Assembly: GCA_031409275.1 (NCBI GenBank)
Contig: JANNXA010000016.1
Location: 96,001 to 160,000, forward strand
DNA length: 64,000 nucleotides
DNA from: Planctomycetota bacterium
GTDB lineage: Bacteria; Planctomycetota; B15-G4; SIAN01
Reading direction: 5' to 3'
The notes below the pieces were generated by a model. The model worked only from the letters and a program-made list of their open reading frames with translations, searched no databases and was not told the DNA's origin. A program made the position numbers and the translations under genes. Below, piece after piece: positions 36,808 to 46,328 of the stretch (position 1 is the stretch's first letter; every line of letters starts with the position of its first letter).

Positions 36808-38114
36808 GGATCGAACACCGTGCCCGTGGCGAGGTCGAGTTCGACGCGCGCCTTCACGCCGTCGAACCACGCCTGCGCCTGATCGCGACGGGCGTCGAGG
36901 ATTCGCGACTCGATCGTCCACCACTCGATCGCGTCCACTTCACCCGCCTCCAGCGCCGCCTTCATCAGCTGCTCGGCCTCGTCGAGCGCCTGCGGCAGCG
37001 GATCGGACGAACCGTGCCTTCGCTGATCTTGCGCCCGCCATCGCAGGACCGCGAGGTGAATCTCCTGGCGGACCCGCGCCAGCTGCGCCGCGTAGGCGGC
37101 CTCTGCCTGCTTCACCCGCGCTTCCTCGACGGCGATCGCCTTGTCGCCCGAATCGAACAACGGGATCTCGAATCCGGCCTGGAGCCCGAAGTCGTGGCCG
37201 AGGTGGTCCCCCTCGGCCGAAGGCTGCAGGAAGAGTGGCCACCATCCATGCGCCAATCGCGCGATCCGCAGCGTCTGCTGCTGCGCGTCGTACTCCTGCG
37301 CGCGCACCTGCAGATCGGCGCGGCGCGAGAGAGCGGCCTGCTCGAGCGCCGCCTCATCGGGCTCGACGAACTCGCGCTCCTGCGTCGCTTTGCGCACCCG
37401 CAAGGGCGCGTCGAACGGCGCCCCCACCAGCGCCGCGAGTTCCGTACGCGCCACCTCGAGCTCCGCTCTCGCAACCAAGAGTTCCTCGTCGAACTGAGCG
37501 CTGCGCAGCCTGGCGAACGCCGCATCGATGCCCTTGGCGGCTCGCGCGACCACCCTCTCCTTCACGAGCGTCGCCATGCGAGCGTGCAGAGCGCGCGCCG
37601 CTTCGGTGAGCGCGAGCTGCTCTTCGAGCATCACGACTCGCGCGTGAGCCAGCCGGGTCGCCGCGGCGACCTGCGACTCGCGATCGGCGATGCGGGCGAC
37701 GGCACGCGCGTCCAACGCCTGCGCACGCCCGACACGCGCATCACGTTCGCCCGGCACGCCAGGGAAGAAACGCAATCCGAGTGCGAGTGCCACCGGACTG
37801 CCGACGCTCGACGCGAGGTGGGAGAGGCTCGGCCGGAACTCGGGATTGCGCCACGCCCCCTCGGCGACGACCTCATTCGCGGCGATCTCGTGCTCCACGC
37901 GCAGCGCCACGAGGTCGGGATGGTGGACCAGCGCGAGCGCCATCGCCTGAACCGGATCGAGCCCCTCCGCCGGAACGTCGATCCTCGCCGCGCGCAGCTC
38001 CGCCAGCAGCGCCTCCGGATCCAGCGGCGGCGGCCGATCCGTGGAGCAGCTCGCTGCCGCCGCGAACGATGCGACGACCAGCCAGCGAACGGCGCGATTC
38101 GGGCGGCGGCTCAA
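36804..38114 (-). CDS. TolC-family outer membrane channel lipoprotein
   Basis: TTG start overlapping the upstream stop; lipobox AASC; ALVHHPDL, NPEF, ALSRRADL, FEIPLFD, ELDLATG. Confidence 0.85.
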   Translation of the reverse strand: MSRRPNRAVRWLVVASFAAAASCSTDRPPPLDPEALLAELRAARIDVPAEGLDPVQAMALALVHHPDLVALRVEHEIAANEVVAEGAWRNPEFRPSLSHLASSVGSPVALALGLRFFPGVPGERDARVGRAQALDARAVARIADRESQVAAATRLAHARVVMLEEQLALTEAARALHARMATLVKERVVARAAKGIDAAFARLRSAQFDEELLVARAELEVARTELAALVGAPFDAPLRVRKATQEREFVEPDEAALEQAALSRRADLQVRAQEYDAQQQTLRIARLAHGWWPLFLQPSAEGDHLGHDFGLQAGFEIPLFDSGDKAIAVEEARVKQAEAAYAAQLARVRQEIHLAVLRWRAQDQRRHGSSDPLPQALDEAEQLMKAALEAGEVDAIEWWTIESRILDARRDQAQAWFDGVKARVELDLATGTVFDP

Positions 38115-39292
38115 TGGAACCTCACGTCGTAGATGGCGCCGACGATCGAATCGACCTGGCCCTGAAGCTCGAGGGTGATCCGCCGTCCCCACTGCGGCGA
38201 GTCGAGCGTGGGACGGAGTCGCAGCGGGACCTCCTCGATCAGCGGCCCCATCGACGTGACGCGCCCCTCGACCGCTCGACCGGGAAGATCGCGCGGCCGC
38301 AGCGTCGCCAGCGTTCCCACTTTCACCGCCTGGATCTGCCGGTCGACGATGTAGGCCGAGACCGCTCCCGCCGACGGCAACACGATGCACGCGATCTCCG
38401 CGCCGGCGACGCACCACTCTCCGGGTCGCACGAGGATCCGACTGATGGTGCCGCTCGCGGGGGCAGCGATGCGACACGACTGACGCTCGAGCTCGAGCTG
38501 CGCCACTCGCGCCTCCTGGCTCGCCCGGGCCAACTCGAGCGGGAGCAGGCTCGCCTCGAGGTCGAGCTCCTGCGAGGACTCCGGAGTCAGCGCGTCCCAC
38601 GCGACCACCGCGGCCTGAACTCTCTCGACGCTGGGGCCGCGCGACACGATCCGTTCGGCGAGCAGCGCGCGTCTCCGTTCGAGTTCCTCGACTCGATCGA
38701 CGGTCGTCAACTGCCGGTCGAGCAGCGCCTTCTGCCGCTCGATCTGCGGTGCGATGGCGGCGAGCTCGGCCTGATCGGTCGCCTGATCGGTCGCTTGCGC
38801 CGCGGCGGCAGCGCGCAGCCGGAGCCCTTCGCTCTCGAAGGTGGTGCGGCGCGCCAGCGCTTGCGCGCGACTCTCGATCGCGGTGATCCGAAGCGTGGCT
38901 CGCTCCGCTTCGATGTTCGACCGCGCACGGTCGAGTTCGCTGTGTGCGAGGCGCAAGCGCGCGTCGATGTCCCCTGGGTCGAGCGTCGCGATCGGATCGC
39001 CCGCCTGCACGACCTGGCCGACGGCGACGTCGATCGTCAGGAGGCGGCTGGCCACCGAAGGCGCGATGCGCAGCTCCGCTGCGCTCTCGCACGCGATCGC
39101 GTGGCTCTCCCCTGAACCACCGAAGTAGAGCCACGCCGCAGCGATCGCTGCGCCGCACCATGCCGTCAGCGGCCAGATGCGAAACGCCATGCGGGCGAGG
39201 CGGCGCGAGGTCGCGATCCTCGGCGGCGGCCGCGGACCGAGGCGTGGCGCATGGGCGCTCCGTGCGGTCTCGACTTCCGGTGCGATTCTCAT
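38111..39292 (-). CDS. HlyD-family periplasmic adaptor (membrane fusion protein)
   Basis: Single TM helix; lipoyl half-motifs VAVGQVVQAGDPIATLD and IAAPASGTISRILVRPGE; long coiled coil. Confidence 0.88.
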   Translation of the reverse strand: MRIAPEVETARSAHAPRLGPRPPPRIATSRRLARMAFRIWPLTAWCGAAIAAAWLYFGGSGESHAIACESAAELRIAPSVASRLLTIDVAVGQVVQAGDPIATLDPGDIDARLRLAHSELDRARSNIEAERATLRITAIESRAQALARRTTFESEGLRLRAAAAAQATDQATDQAELAAIAPQIERQKALLDRQLTTVDRVEELERRRALLAERIVSRGPSVERVQAAVVAWDALTPESSQELDLEASLLPLELARASQEARVAQLELERQSCRIAAPASGTISRILVRPGEWCVAGAEIACIVLPSAGAVSAYIVDRQIQAVKVGTLATLRPRDLPGRAVEGRVTSMGPLIEEVPLRLRPTLDSPQWGRRITLELQGQVDSIVGAIYDVRFH

Positions 39293-39294
39293 GG

Positions 39295-39987
39295 TCAGAC
39301 CTCGAGCCCGGGATCTTGCATCAGCAACGAGACGTCGTTGATCTCGTCCACGGAGCGGATCGCATCGATGAGGGAATGCTGGAACGACGGGTCGCGCAGC
39401 TTGATCTGGTAGGCGTGCTCGAGGCGCTTGCCTTGCGCGATCTCGCGCAGATTCACCAGCACGAACCGGCTGCAGTACTCGAGCAACACTCGCTTCAGCG
39501 GGAGGTCCGCTTCGGGACTGGCACCGCTGTTGAGCCGCAGCAGTCCATCGAACTGCTTGCGGCTCGCGAAGGGGCTGAACGTCAGGTGGATCATGAAGAG
39601 GCTGAACATCGCCGTCCCGATGCCGGCGATGAGGAAGGACTGCACCCCCACCGAGATCCCGACGGCCAGCGACGCGAAGATGAAGCTCATGTCGCGCACG
39701 TCGCGCAGCGTCGAGCGGAAGCGGATGACCGCGAGCGTGCCGAGCAGCCCGAGGCCGCGCGCCACGCTGTTGCCGATCGCCAGCATGAGCAGCGTCGCGA
39801 CGACACCGGTGATCGCCAGCGCGATCACGAATCCGCGCGAATAGGAGAGCCCGCGGAAGGTCCACGAGTAGACCGCCGCCAGCACCTGACACAACACGAA
39901 GGAGACCAGCATCGAGAGCAGGATCATCTGCCAGGAGAGTCCCGGCTCGTAGCGAAGGTACTGATCGAACAGCGCATCCATGGTCAT
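39295..39987 (-). CDS. DUF4956 family membrane protein
   Basis: YSRGFVIAL, IGNSVARGLGLLGTLAVIRFRSTLRDVRD; TM helices plus a C-terminal soluble domain; ATGA overlap. Confidence 0.9.
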   Translation of the reverse strand: MTMDALFDQYLRYEPGLSWQMILLSMLVSFVLCQVLAAVYSWTFRGLSYSRGFVIALAITGVVATLLMLAIGNSVARGLGLLGTLAVIRFRSTLRDVRDMSFIFASLAVGISVGVQSFLIAGIGTAMFSLFMIHLTFSPFASRKQFDGLLRLNSGASPEADLPLKRVLLEYCSRFVLVNLREIAQGKRLEHAYQIKLRDPSFQHSLIDAIRSVDEINDVSLLMQDPGLEV

Positions 39988-40766
39988 CCCCTGACACTGG
40001 CGCGTCGATGGAACTCGACGCCGCCGGAGGCGCCATCGAGAAGACGCGTCATCGAGACGATGTACTTCGAGAATCCGCAGCGCACGAGATCGAGCTCGGC
40101 GACCAGGTCGGACATCCAGCGCGGGAAGTCGCGACTGAACTTGAGTTCGATGAGGAACGCGCGCGGCACGTCGAACATCTCGCCGGCGCCATCGATGTAT
40201 CTCCACCCCAACGGGTCCTCGATCGCGCCGTCGCCTTCGAACGACTGGTAGCACATCGCGCGATCGAACGTGATGCGGGCGTACTCCCCGAACACGCTCT
40301 CGTAGGCCTCGCGGGAGTACCGCGAGCGCATCACGGGAACGGCACCCGACCTCGTGGTTCGGTCGAGGAACGACGCGAGCGTCGGGTCGGCGCGGCCGGC
40401 CGCGAGCGCGAGCGGCCGACCGCAGAGCAGCCCATCGAGCTCTTCTCGCGACATCCGCGCCCGATCCTTCACGATCACTTGCCGGATCTTGCGCTTCACC
40501 TCACAGAAGATCTGCCCGTGCTCGATCGAGTCGTACCAGCGAACCCGCAACTTGTAGCGATCCGGAGCATCCCGCAGCCCGGCGTGATAGAGCTCGAGCG
40601 TCGGCGTGTCGAAGTAGATGCTGTGGATCGTGTAGGCATGGTCGACCGACTGCTGCGCATGCTCGTCGAGCCGGGTGTAGGGTCGAATGAAGCGTCGAAG
40701 CTCCTCGATCCGGTCTTCCGAGAGGAAGTACTTGTACTCGTAGCGTTCGAAATGGAGCGCCTCCAT
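39984..40766 (-). CDS. VTC-domain polyphosphate polymerase-like protein (CYTH/TTM fold)
   Basis: RYEYKY, SIYFDTP, RYKLRVRWY, FCEVKRK, YSREAY, RITFDR, IELKF, FSKY. Confidence 0.92.
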   Translation of the reverse strand: MEALHFERYEYKYFLSEDRIEELRRFIRPYTRLDEHAQQSVDHAYTIHSIYFDTPTLELYHAGLRDAPDRYKLRVRWYDSIEHGQIFCEVKRKIRQVIVKDRARMSREELDGLLCGRPLALAAGRADPTLASFLDRTTRSGAVPVMRSRYSREAYESVFGEYARITFDRAMCYQSFEGDGAIEDPLGWRYIDGAGEMFDVPRAFLIELKFSRDFPRWMSDLVAELDLVRCGFSKYIVSMTRLLDGASGGVEFHRRASVRG

Positions 40767-40771
40767 CGCCG

Positions 40772-40888
40772 TCAGTAGCCAGCGCGGCGGGCATGCCCCA
40801 CCGCCAACGCCACGACTGCCAACGTCCCGAACAGCAGCGTCGATCGGGCGAGCCACACGCCGATGCTGCGGATGAACCTGCGCGTCAC
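40772..40888 (-). CDS. 38-aa single-TM small protein (not on the ORF track)
   Basis: AGGAG SD 7 nt before GTG; MTRRFIRSIGVWLARSTLLFGTLAVVALAVGHARRAGY*; fills the gap in the operon and ends 5 nt before the VTC start. Confidence 0.6.
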   Translation of the reverse strand: MTRRFIRSIGVWLARSTLLFGTLAVVALAVGHARRAGY

Positions 40889-40922
40889 GTCGAGTCTCCT
40901 GATGGTGTCCACGCCGCAGCGC

Positions 40923-42305
40923 TCACTGGTCGTAGGTGATCAGGACGGGCGCCGACATCTCCGCCGGCTTCGCGATCCCCGCCACTTGCACGACGATGTT
41001 CAGGTCACCGTTGAGGTCGGCGGGATCCAGCGAGAAGTCGATCGCGGCGCGACCGTTCGAGTCGAGGTCGAAGGGCAGCAGGAGGAAGTAGTTCGACGTG
41101 TACCACGCCTGGAAGCGGAACTTGTCGGAGAGCGGCACCGCGTCGAACGTCGCGCCCGCGCTGGATGCGCCGAACGTGGCGAAGATCCAGACCGTGCCAT
41201 CCGGCACGCCATGGTCGATCCAGAGCGTGTCGTCGAGGTCGAGCGGGGTGAGTCCCTGGCCCGACAAGTCGAGGCAGAGCGGAAGGTCGCGAGTGGCGAT
41301 CACCTGGAGGCAGGTGAGGTCGCTGCCGTTGCCGTCGAGGCCGAGGAACGAGCCGGTCGGCGATGCGGCGCCGCCGAGAGCGACGCCGTTCAACGTGGCG
41401 ATCGCGCCGCCCCCCGCGGTGGTCAGGATGCGAGGGCCGTTGTCCGAGCCGGCGTAGAGCAGGTTCGGCCACGCCGTGACGCCGTCGGCACCCACGAACG
41501 TCCCACCCGCGGGATCGACGTCGAGCGCCTGCAGGTCGCCGATGGTCGTGACAGGAACGCCGAGCGCATCGAGCAGCCCCGCGGCGACCACCTGCGCGTC
41601 CACGTCGGACTCGGCGAGGACGATCGCGACCGTGTCGCTGCCGAGGCTTGCGATGGTGCCGTCGGCGTTCCAGACGATGTCGTCCGCATCGAACGCGAGC
41701 ACGGCGCCGTCGCCCACGCTGACGAGGTCGCCGTGGATCAGCTCGTCGTCGCGGAACGAGACGTAGAGGTTGCCGTCCGCATCGAACGCCGCCGCATCGA
41801 CGTCGATCGACAGGGTCGTGCCGATCCCGGCCTGCAACGTCGGCTGCGACAACACGATGTCGATCACCGGCGCACCGACCGCCGGGGCGCGATGGAAGCG
41901 CCACAACGAGCCGTCGGTCACGATGGCCGCGTACGCCTCGCCGAAGTCGGACTTCGAGCTGAGCACGTAGTCGAAGATCGAGGGGCTGCCGTAGGGCGAG
42001 GCGACATAGCTCGGCGGCAGGGCGATCGCATCGATCTCGTCGAGCGCGGTCTCGAAGAAGTCGAGGTCGCCATCCTCGTCGCCGAGCAGCGCGTTCAGCG
42101 TCGCCAGGCCGACCGTCTTCTCGGCCGCGAGCGTTCCTGGCCCGGGAACCACCTCGCAGATCGTCTCGTCCGTGAGGAGGTCGAGTGGGGTGAGGCCGCC
42201 TCGGGTCGAGCAGTCGGCTTCGGGAACGAAGACGAGCGAGTGCTGGGCGCCGGCCGTTGCGGCGACGCCGATCTGCAAAACGAGGACGGCGATCGAGCGA
42301 TTCAT
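40923..42305 (-). CDS. Secreted acidic protein of unknown function
   Basis: GGAG SD; signal peptide MNRSIAVLVLQIGVAATAGAQ; Asp-rich, beta-rich body. The frame stays open upstream to 42581. Confidence 0.75.
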   Translation of the reverse strand: MNRSIAVLVLQIGVAATAGAQHSLVFVPEADCSTRGGLTPLDLLTDETICEVVPGPGTLAAEKTVGLATLNALLGDEDGDLDFFETALDEIDAIALPPSYVASPYGSPSIFDYVLSSKSDFGEAYAAIVTDGSLWRFHRAPAVGAPVIDIVLSQPTLQAGIGTTLSIDVDAAAFDADGNLYVSFRDDELIHGDLVSVGDGAVLAFDADDIVWNADGTIASLGSDTVAIVLAESDVDAQVVAAGLLDALGVPVTTIGDLQALDVDPAGGTFVGADGVTAWPNLLYAGSDNGPRILTTAGGGAIATLNGVALGGAASPTGSFLGLDGNGSDLTCLQVIATRDLPLCLDLSGQGLTPLDLDDTLWIDHGVPDGTVWIFATFGASSAGATFDAVPLSDKFRFQAWYTSNYFLLLPFDLDSNGRAAIDFSLDPADLNGDLNIVVQVAGIAKPAEMSAPVLITYDQ

Positions 42306-42527
42306 GGGAGCTCCGGGTGCGGGGATGGAGGGCGTTCGTTGGCCGGCGCAACTCCACGCAACGAGGCCGGCACTCAACGGCTGCACGAACAGCAATCGCG
42401 ACGCCGGCGTGCCGTCGCGCCGCCTTGATTGCGTGTCGGGATCGCCCGCGGGCACCCGCGCCTTGGCGAGCGCTTCATTGAAATCCAATTCAGGATTGCC
42501 GTCCGCTCGACGTGCGATCGAGCACTG

Positions 42528-42776
42528 CGCGCTTCCGACGAGGTTCTGAATCGAACGGCCCAGCCGCAGCAGGGGTTTCATGAACCACGCGGGCTAGCCG
42601 CTTGACTCATGATCCCCGTCGCGAGGCGACGGGATGTCGGTCCAGGACGAGGAGGGAATGCGAGTCTCCGACGATGCGGGCTGGTGAGCCCGCTGAGGAA
42701 GGAACGCGCGTTTCCGACGAAGTACTGGATTGACAGACCAAGCCGCAGCAGGGGTTTCATGAGTCGAGCGGGCTAG
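42528..42776. repeat. Imperfect 70-bp direct repeat, two copies (42528-42597 and 42707-42776)
   Basis: Shared core AGCCGCAGCAGGGGTTTCATGA-N6-GCGGGCTAG; offset 179 bp. Confidence 0.9.
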
Positions 42777-42823
42777 AGTCCGTCGCCGCTGGTCGGCGCC
42801 GCGGTCGTCGGAGCGCACCTCTC

Positions 42824-43501
42824 ATGCGTCTGTTGGTCGTCGAGGACTCGGAGCGGCTTGGGGAAACGCTGCGTGTCGGTCTGCGGAAGCTCGGCCACGC
42901 GGTCGATGTCGTCGGCGATGGGACGCGCGGCCTCTCCTATGCAAAGCTCAACCCGTACGACGTGATGATCCTCGATCTCATGCTGCCGGGCCTCGACGGG
43001 ATGTCGGTGATGCGCTCGATCCGCCAGCTCGGCAACTCGATCCCGATCTTGATCCTGACGGCCCGCGATGCCGTCGCGGATCGGGTCGCCGGGCTTCGGC
43101 AGGGCGCCGACGATTACCTGGTGAAGCCGTTCGCGTTCGACGAGCTGGTGGTCCGCATCGAGGCACTCGATCGGCGCGCGCGCGGAACGGCGAGCCCATC
43201 GATCGAGGTCGGCGACCTGCACATCGACACCGGCGCGCGACGCGTCTCGCGGTCTGGGAAATGGATCGAGCTCAATCGCCGCGAGTACGCCCTGCTGCTC
43301 TACCTCGCCCAGCGACGCGGAAAAGTGGTCACCCGGCTGGAAATCGAGGATCACCTCTACGACGAGCACCACTTCCCGAACAGCAATGTCGTGGCCTCCG
43401 CCATCTCGGAGTTGCGGGCGCGACTCGCCGTCGATGGTCGACCCGACATGATCCAGACTCGGCGCGGACTCGGCTATGTGCTCGAGGCCCCCACGTGTTG
43501 A
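42824..43501 (+). CDS. OmpR/PhoB-family response regulator
   Basis: MRLLVVED, ILDLMLPGLDG, LILTARD, GADDYLVKPF, winged-helix QTRRGLGY. Confidence 0.95.
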   Translation: MRLLVVEDSERLGETLRVGLRKLGHAVDVVGDGTRGLSYAKLNPYDVMILDLMLPGLDGMSVMRSIRQLGNSIPILILTARDAVADRVAGLRQGADDYLVKPFAFDELVVRIEALDRRARGTASPSIEVGDLHIDTGARRVSRSGKWIELNRREYALLLYLAQRRGKVVTRLEIEDHLYDEHHFPNSNVVASAISELRARLAVDGRPDMIQTRRGLGYVLEAPTC

Positions 43502-44964
43502 CGTCGATCCGCGCACGGGTGACGCTCGCCGCCTGCGCCATCGTGATCGGCGCGGTGGCCTCCGTCGGGATCACGATCGACGTGCTGATTCGTCGGCAGA
43601 TGGTCCGCCTGTACGACGAGTCGGTCGCGATGCGCGTGCGCACGCTGGCGACACTCGTGCATTCCTCCGACGCGATGCTGTTCTTCGACTTCGCCGGCGA
43701 ACTGATGCCCGAGTTCGAGCGCGCCGCTCACGCCGACTACTTTGAGGTGTGGGACAGCGACGGCGACGTCATCGAGCGCTCCCTTTCGTTGGACGACGCG
43801 CATCTTCCGCGAACGTTCGGATCGGTTGCCACGCCCGCGGCATTCGACCTCCGTCTCCCCGACGGGCGTCATGGACGCGCGATCGGCATCGAATTCGATG
43901 CCTCACCTGCCGAGGCGGATGAAAGCGTCGAGGGTCTCGACTCCTCACTGCACCCGCACCCATCGCAGAGCCACCGCGCGGTCATCGTGGTCGCCTCCGG
44001 GAGAGCTGGGCTCGACGACGCGTTCGTCGCGCTGCGTCGAGTCGTCGTGGCAAGCAGCGTCGTCGCGTCGCTCGTCGCGCTGATCGTGACGGCCTGGATC
44101 GTGCGGCGATCCATGCGCCCGCTGATCGGGCTCGCGCGACACCTGGAGCAGATGGATGCCGCCCGCCTCGATGAGCCGCTGGCGCGGATGGGGTTGCCCT
44201 CCGAACTGATCCCGATCTGCGAACGTCTCGACGACCTCTTCGCGCGAGTTCAAGCCGCGTTCGATCGGGAGCGGCGAATGACCGCCAACCTGGCACACGA
44301 GCTGCGGACGCCGATCGCCGAGCTGCGGGCGGCGACCGACGTGGCGGAGCGCTGGCCGGACGACGCGGCACTTCGCCTGAACGCGATCGAGACGGCATCG
44401 GACGTCGCAGCGCGCATGGGCGTCGCCGTCGACGCGTTGCTGAAGCTCGCCCGACTCGAGGCCGGAGAGGACGAAATCGAAGGCGACCGGGTGAATCTCG
44501 CCGCTCTGTTCGAGGACGCCTGGCGACCGTTGGTCCGCGGTTGCGCCGCGCGCGAGCTTCAGCTTGTCGACGAGATTCCGCGTGACCTCGAAGCGTCTAC
44601 GGACCGCGGTCTTCTGGCGCTGGTGGTCAGCAACATTGTGCGCAATGCCGTCGTGCACGCCGATGCGCCCGGTCCGCTCACCGTCTCCGCAGAGGCGACC
44701 CCAACGCGGATCCGCTGGATCGTTCGCAATCGCGCGTCTCGGCTGTCGCGGGCCGATCTGCCCTACCTCGATCAGCCGTTCTGGCAAAAACAACCCGCCG
44801 CCCCCCGCGGCACGCACGTCGGGCTCGGACTGGCGCTCTCCGACGCGATCCTCCGCTTCCTCGATTCGCACATGGAGTTCACCCTGGTCGCTGGTGAGCT
44901 GACGTTGACGCTCGACCTACCAAGAGCGGCCCCCAACGCCGGCAAACAACCGGGCATCGCCTGA
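43495..44964 (+). CDS. Sensor histidine kinase (2 TM, periplasmic sensor, HAMP)
   Basis: ANLAHELRTPIA H-box; SNIVRNAV; GLGLAL; overlaps the regulator stop codon. Confidence 0.93.
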   Translation: MLTSIRARVTLAACAIVIGAVASVGITIDVLIRRQMVRLYDESVAMRVRTLATLVHSSDAMLFFDFAGELMPEFERAAHADYFEVWDSDGDVIERSLSLDDAHLPRTFGSVATPAAFDLRLPDGRHGRAIGIEFDASPAEADESVEGLDSSLHPHPSQSHRAVIVVASGRAGLDDAFVALRRVVVASSVVASLVALIVTAWIVRRSMRPLIGLARHLEQMDAARLDEPLARMGLPSELIPICERLDDLFARVQAAFDRERRMTANLAHELRTPIAELRAATDVAERWPDDAALRLNAIETASDVAARMGVAVDALLKLARLEAGEDEIEGDRVNLAALFEDAWRPLVRGCAARELQLVDEIPRDLEASTDRGLLALVVSNIVRNAVVHADAPGPLTVSAEATPTRIRWIVRNRASRLSRADLPYLDQPFWQKQPAAPRGTHVGLGLALSDAILRFLDSHMEFTLVAGELTLTLDLPRAAPNAGKQPGIA

Positions 44965-44991
44965 GCGCGATCCGTGGCAGCCGCCGCATAC

Positions 44992-45507
44992 CTACGTGTC
45001 GTCCTCCTCCTCATCCGCCGCCTTCGCCTTGACCGGCACTGGAAGAACGGGGCGATCGATGCGCGCCCCGGTCGCGTCGACTTCGAGGCTGCGCCGATGG
45101 CCATCCACGGTGAGCGCCACTTCGAAGTAACGCCGCGTCACTGACTCGACGCGGGTGACGACACCCCCCGGAAAGTCAGACTCGATACGCGCCTTCGCGG
45201 CGACAGAGAGGCGGTTCGCGTCGACGACGAGTTCCTCCTCGACGATCTCGCCCGCGCTGGTGACACGCAACGCGAGCGCGCCGTCTGCGGCGACGCCCTC
45301 AACCTCAAAGACATCGATCCCGTCGCGCGAGAACTTGCATCTCGCCAACGACCCGAAGCGCTGGCCGGCGGCCTTCGCCGCCGCGGGCGGAAGCTCCTCC
45401 GTGGGCGACGAGGGCGGAACCGCGAGGCGGGTCGCAGCCCCGCCGAGGCCGACAGCGAGAAGGAACAGGCACGGCGCGAACATGCGGCGTTGGCAGCTAG
45501 AGGTCAT
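44992..45507 (-). CDS. Secreted PepSY-like small protein
   Basis: Signal peptide; two repeats (ELPPAAAKAA...FEVEG...VTSAGEI and LSVAAKARIESDFPG...FEVAL...VDATG). Confidence 0.65.
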   Translation of the reverse strand: MTSSCQRRMFAPCLFLLAVGLGGAATRLAVPPSSPTEELPPAAAKAAGQRFGSLARCKFSRDGIDVFEVEGVAADGALALRVTSAGEIVEEELVVDANRLSVAAKARIESDFPGGVVTRVESVTRRYFEVALTVDGHRRSLEVDATGARIDRPVLPVPVKAKAADEEEDDT

Positions 45508-45605
45508 CTTGCTCTCCGGTGCGACCGAGCGGGACACGCCCGGCGACGGGGTCGCGAACCGCCGCCGGGCCAAGAACACTCGCAAAGCGTCCGCGAGCCA
45601 GTGGT

Positions 45606-46286
45606 TCAGTGCGTCAAGAACGACTGCTCGACGAGGGTGACGTTGCCCGTCGCCGACTCGGCCGCGACGGCGAGCGAGTATTCGTTGCCGGGGATCAGCA
45701 ACCCGACCGGAACGGTGAACATCAACACATCGGCCGGAACCCGGAAGTTCAACTTGAGCCCGAGCAGCTTGTTCTCGACCTCGATGAGATAGCTGGTCGC
45801 GCCAACGACGGGCAACCAAGCGATCTCGGCGTCGTCCGCCGCGACGTCCGCGCCATCGCTGGGTGAGATCACGGGCTCGGCGAGCATCGAATGGGTGAGC
45901 GTCGCCTCCCCCTTGATCTTGCGGCCATCGAGGGTCTTCGCCTCGAATTTGTACATTCCTTCCGGGTAGGCCGCGAAGACGTCGTCAAGCGTCGGCTCGG
46001 CGCTCTCCAGCACGACCTGGCCCTGTCCGATCGCATCCTTCGAGGTGAGGGACATCGTGCTCTTCTTCCCGTCCGGGAAGGTGACCGAGAGCTCTTTCAT
46101 GCCTTCCGGCGACTTCACAACGATGAACCCCTCGCCATCACTATCCGTCACGTTCGTCTCGATGTGGATCGAGGCTTCATCAAACCGAAGTCGTTCGTCG
46201 ACCGGCGTTGCCATGGTGTACGCGCTGATCGGAACGACGATGGAAGCGAGGGAGAGCGCGACAAGAGCGTTGAAATTGATGTTCAT
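45606..46286 (-). CDS. Secreted beta-sandwich protein of unknown function
   Basis: GAGG SD; signal peptide; IETNVTDSD, ESAEPTL, YPEGMYKF; FN3-like C-terminus. Confidence 0.7.
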   Translation of the reverse strand: MNINFNALVALSLASIVVPISAYTMATPVDERLRFDEASIHIETNVTDSDGEGFIVVKSPEGMKELSVTFPDGKKSTMSLTSKDAIGQGQVVLESAEPTLDDVFAAYPEGMYKFEAKTLDGRKIKGEATLTHSMLAEPVISPSDGADVAADDAEIAWLPVVGATSYLIEVENKLLGLKLNFRVPADVLMFTVPVGLLIPGNEYSLAVAAESATGNVTLVEQSFLTH

Positions 46287-46328
46287 CGGGTGATCCTCGA
46301 GTCCGACGGCAGGCTTCGCCGTCGAACG

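Noticed and set aside
42528..42776. Direct repeat as a CRISPR array or IS ends
   Set aside because: Only two imperfect 70-bp copies in direct orientation, with no cas or transposase gene in the window.
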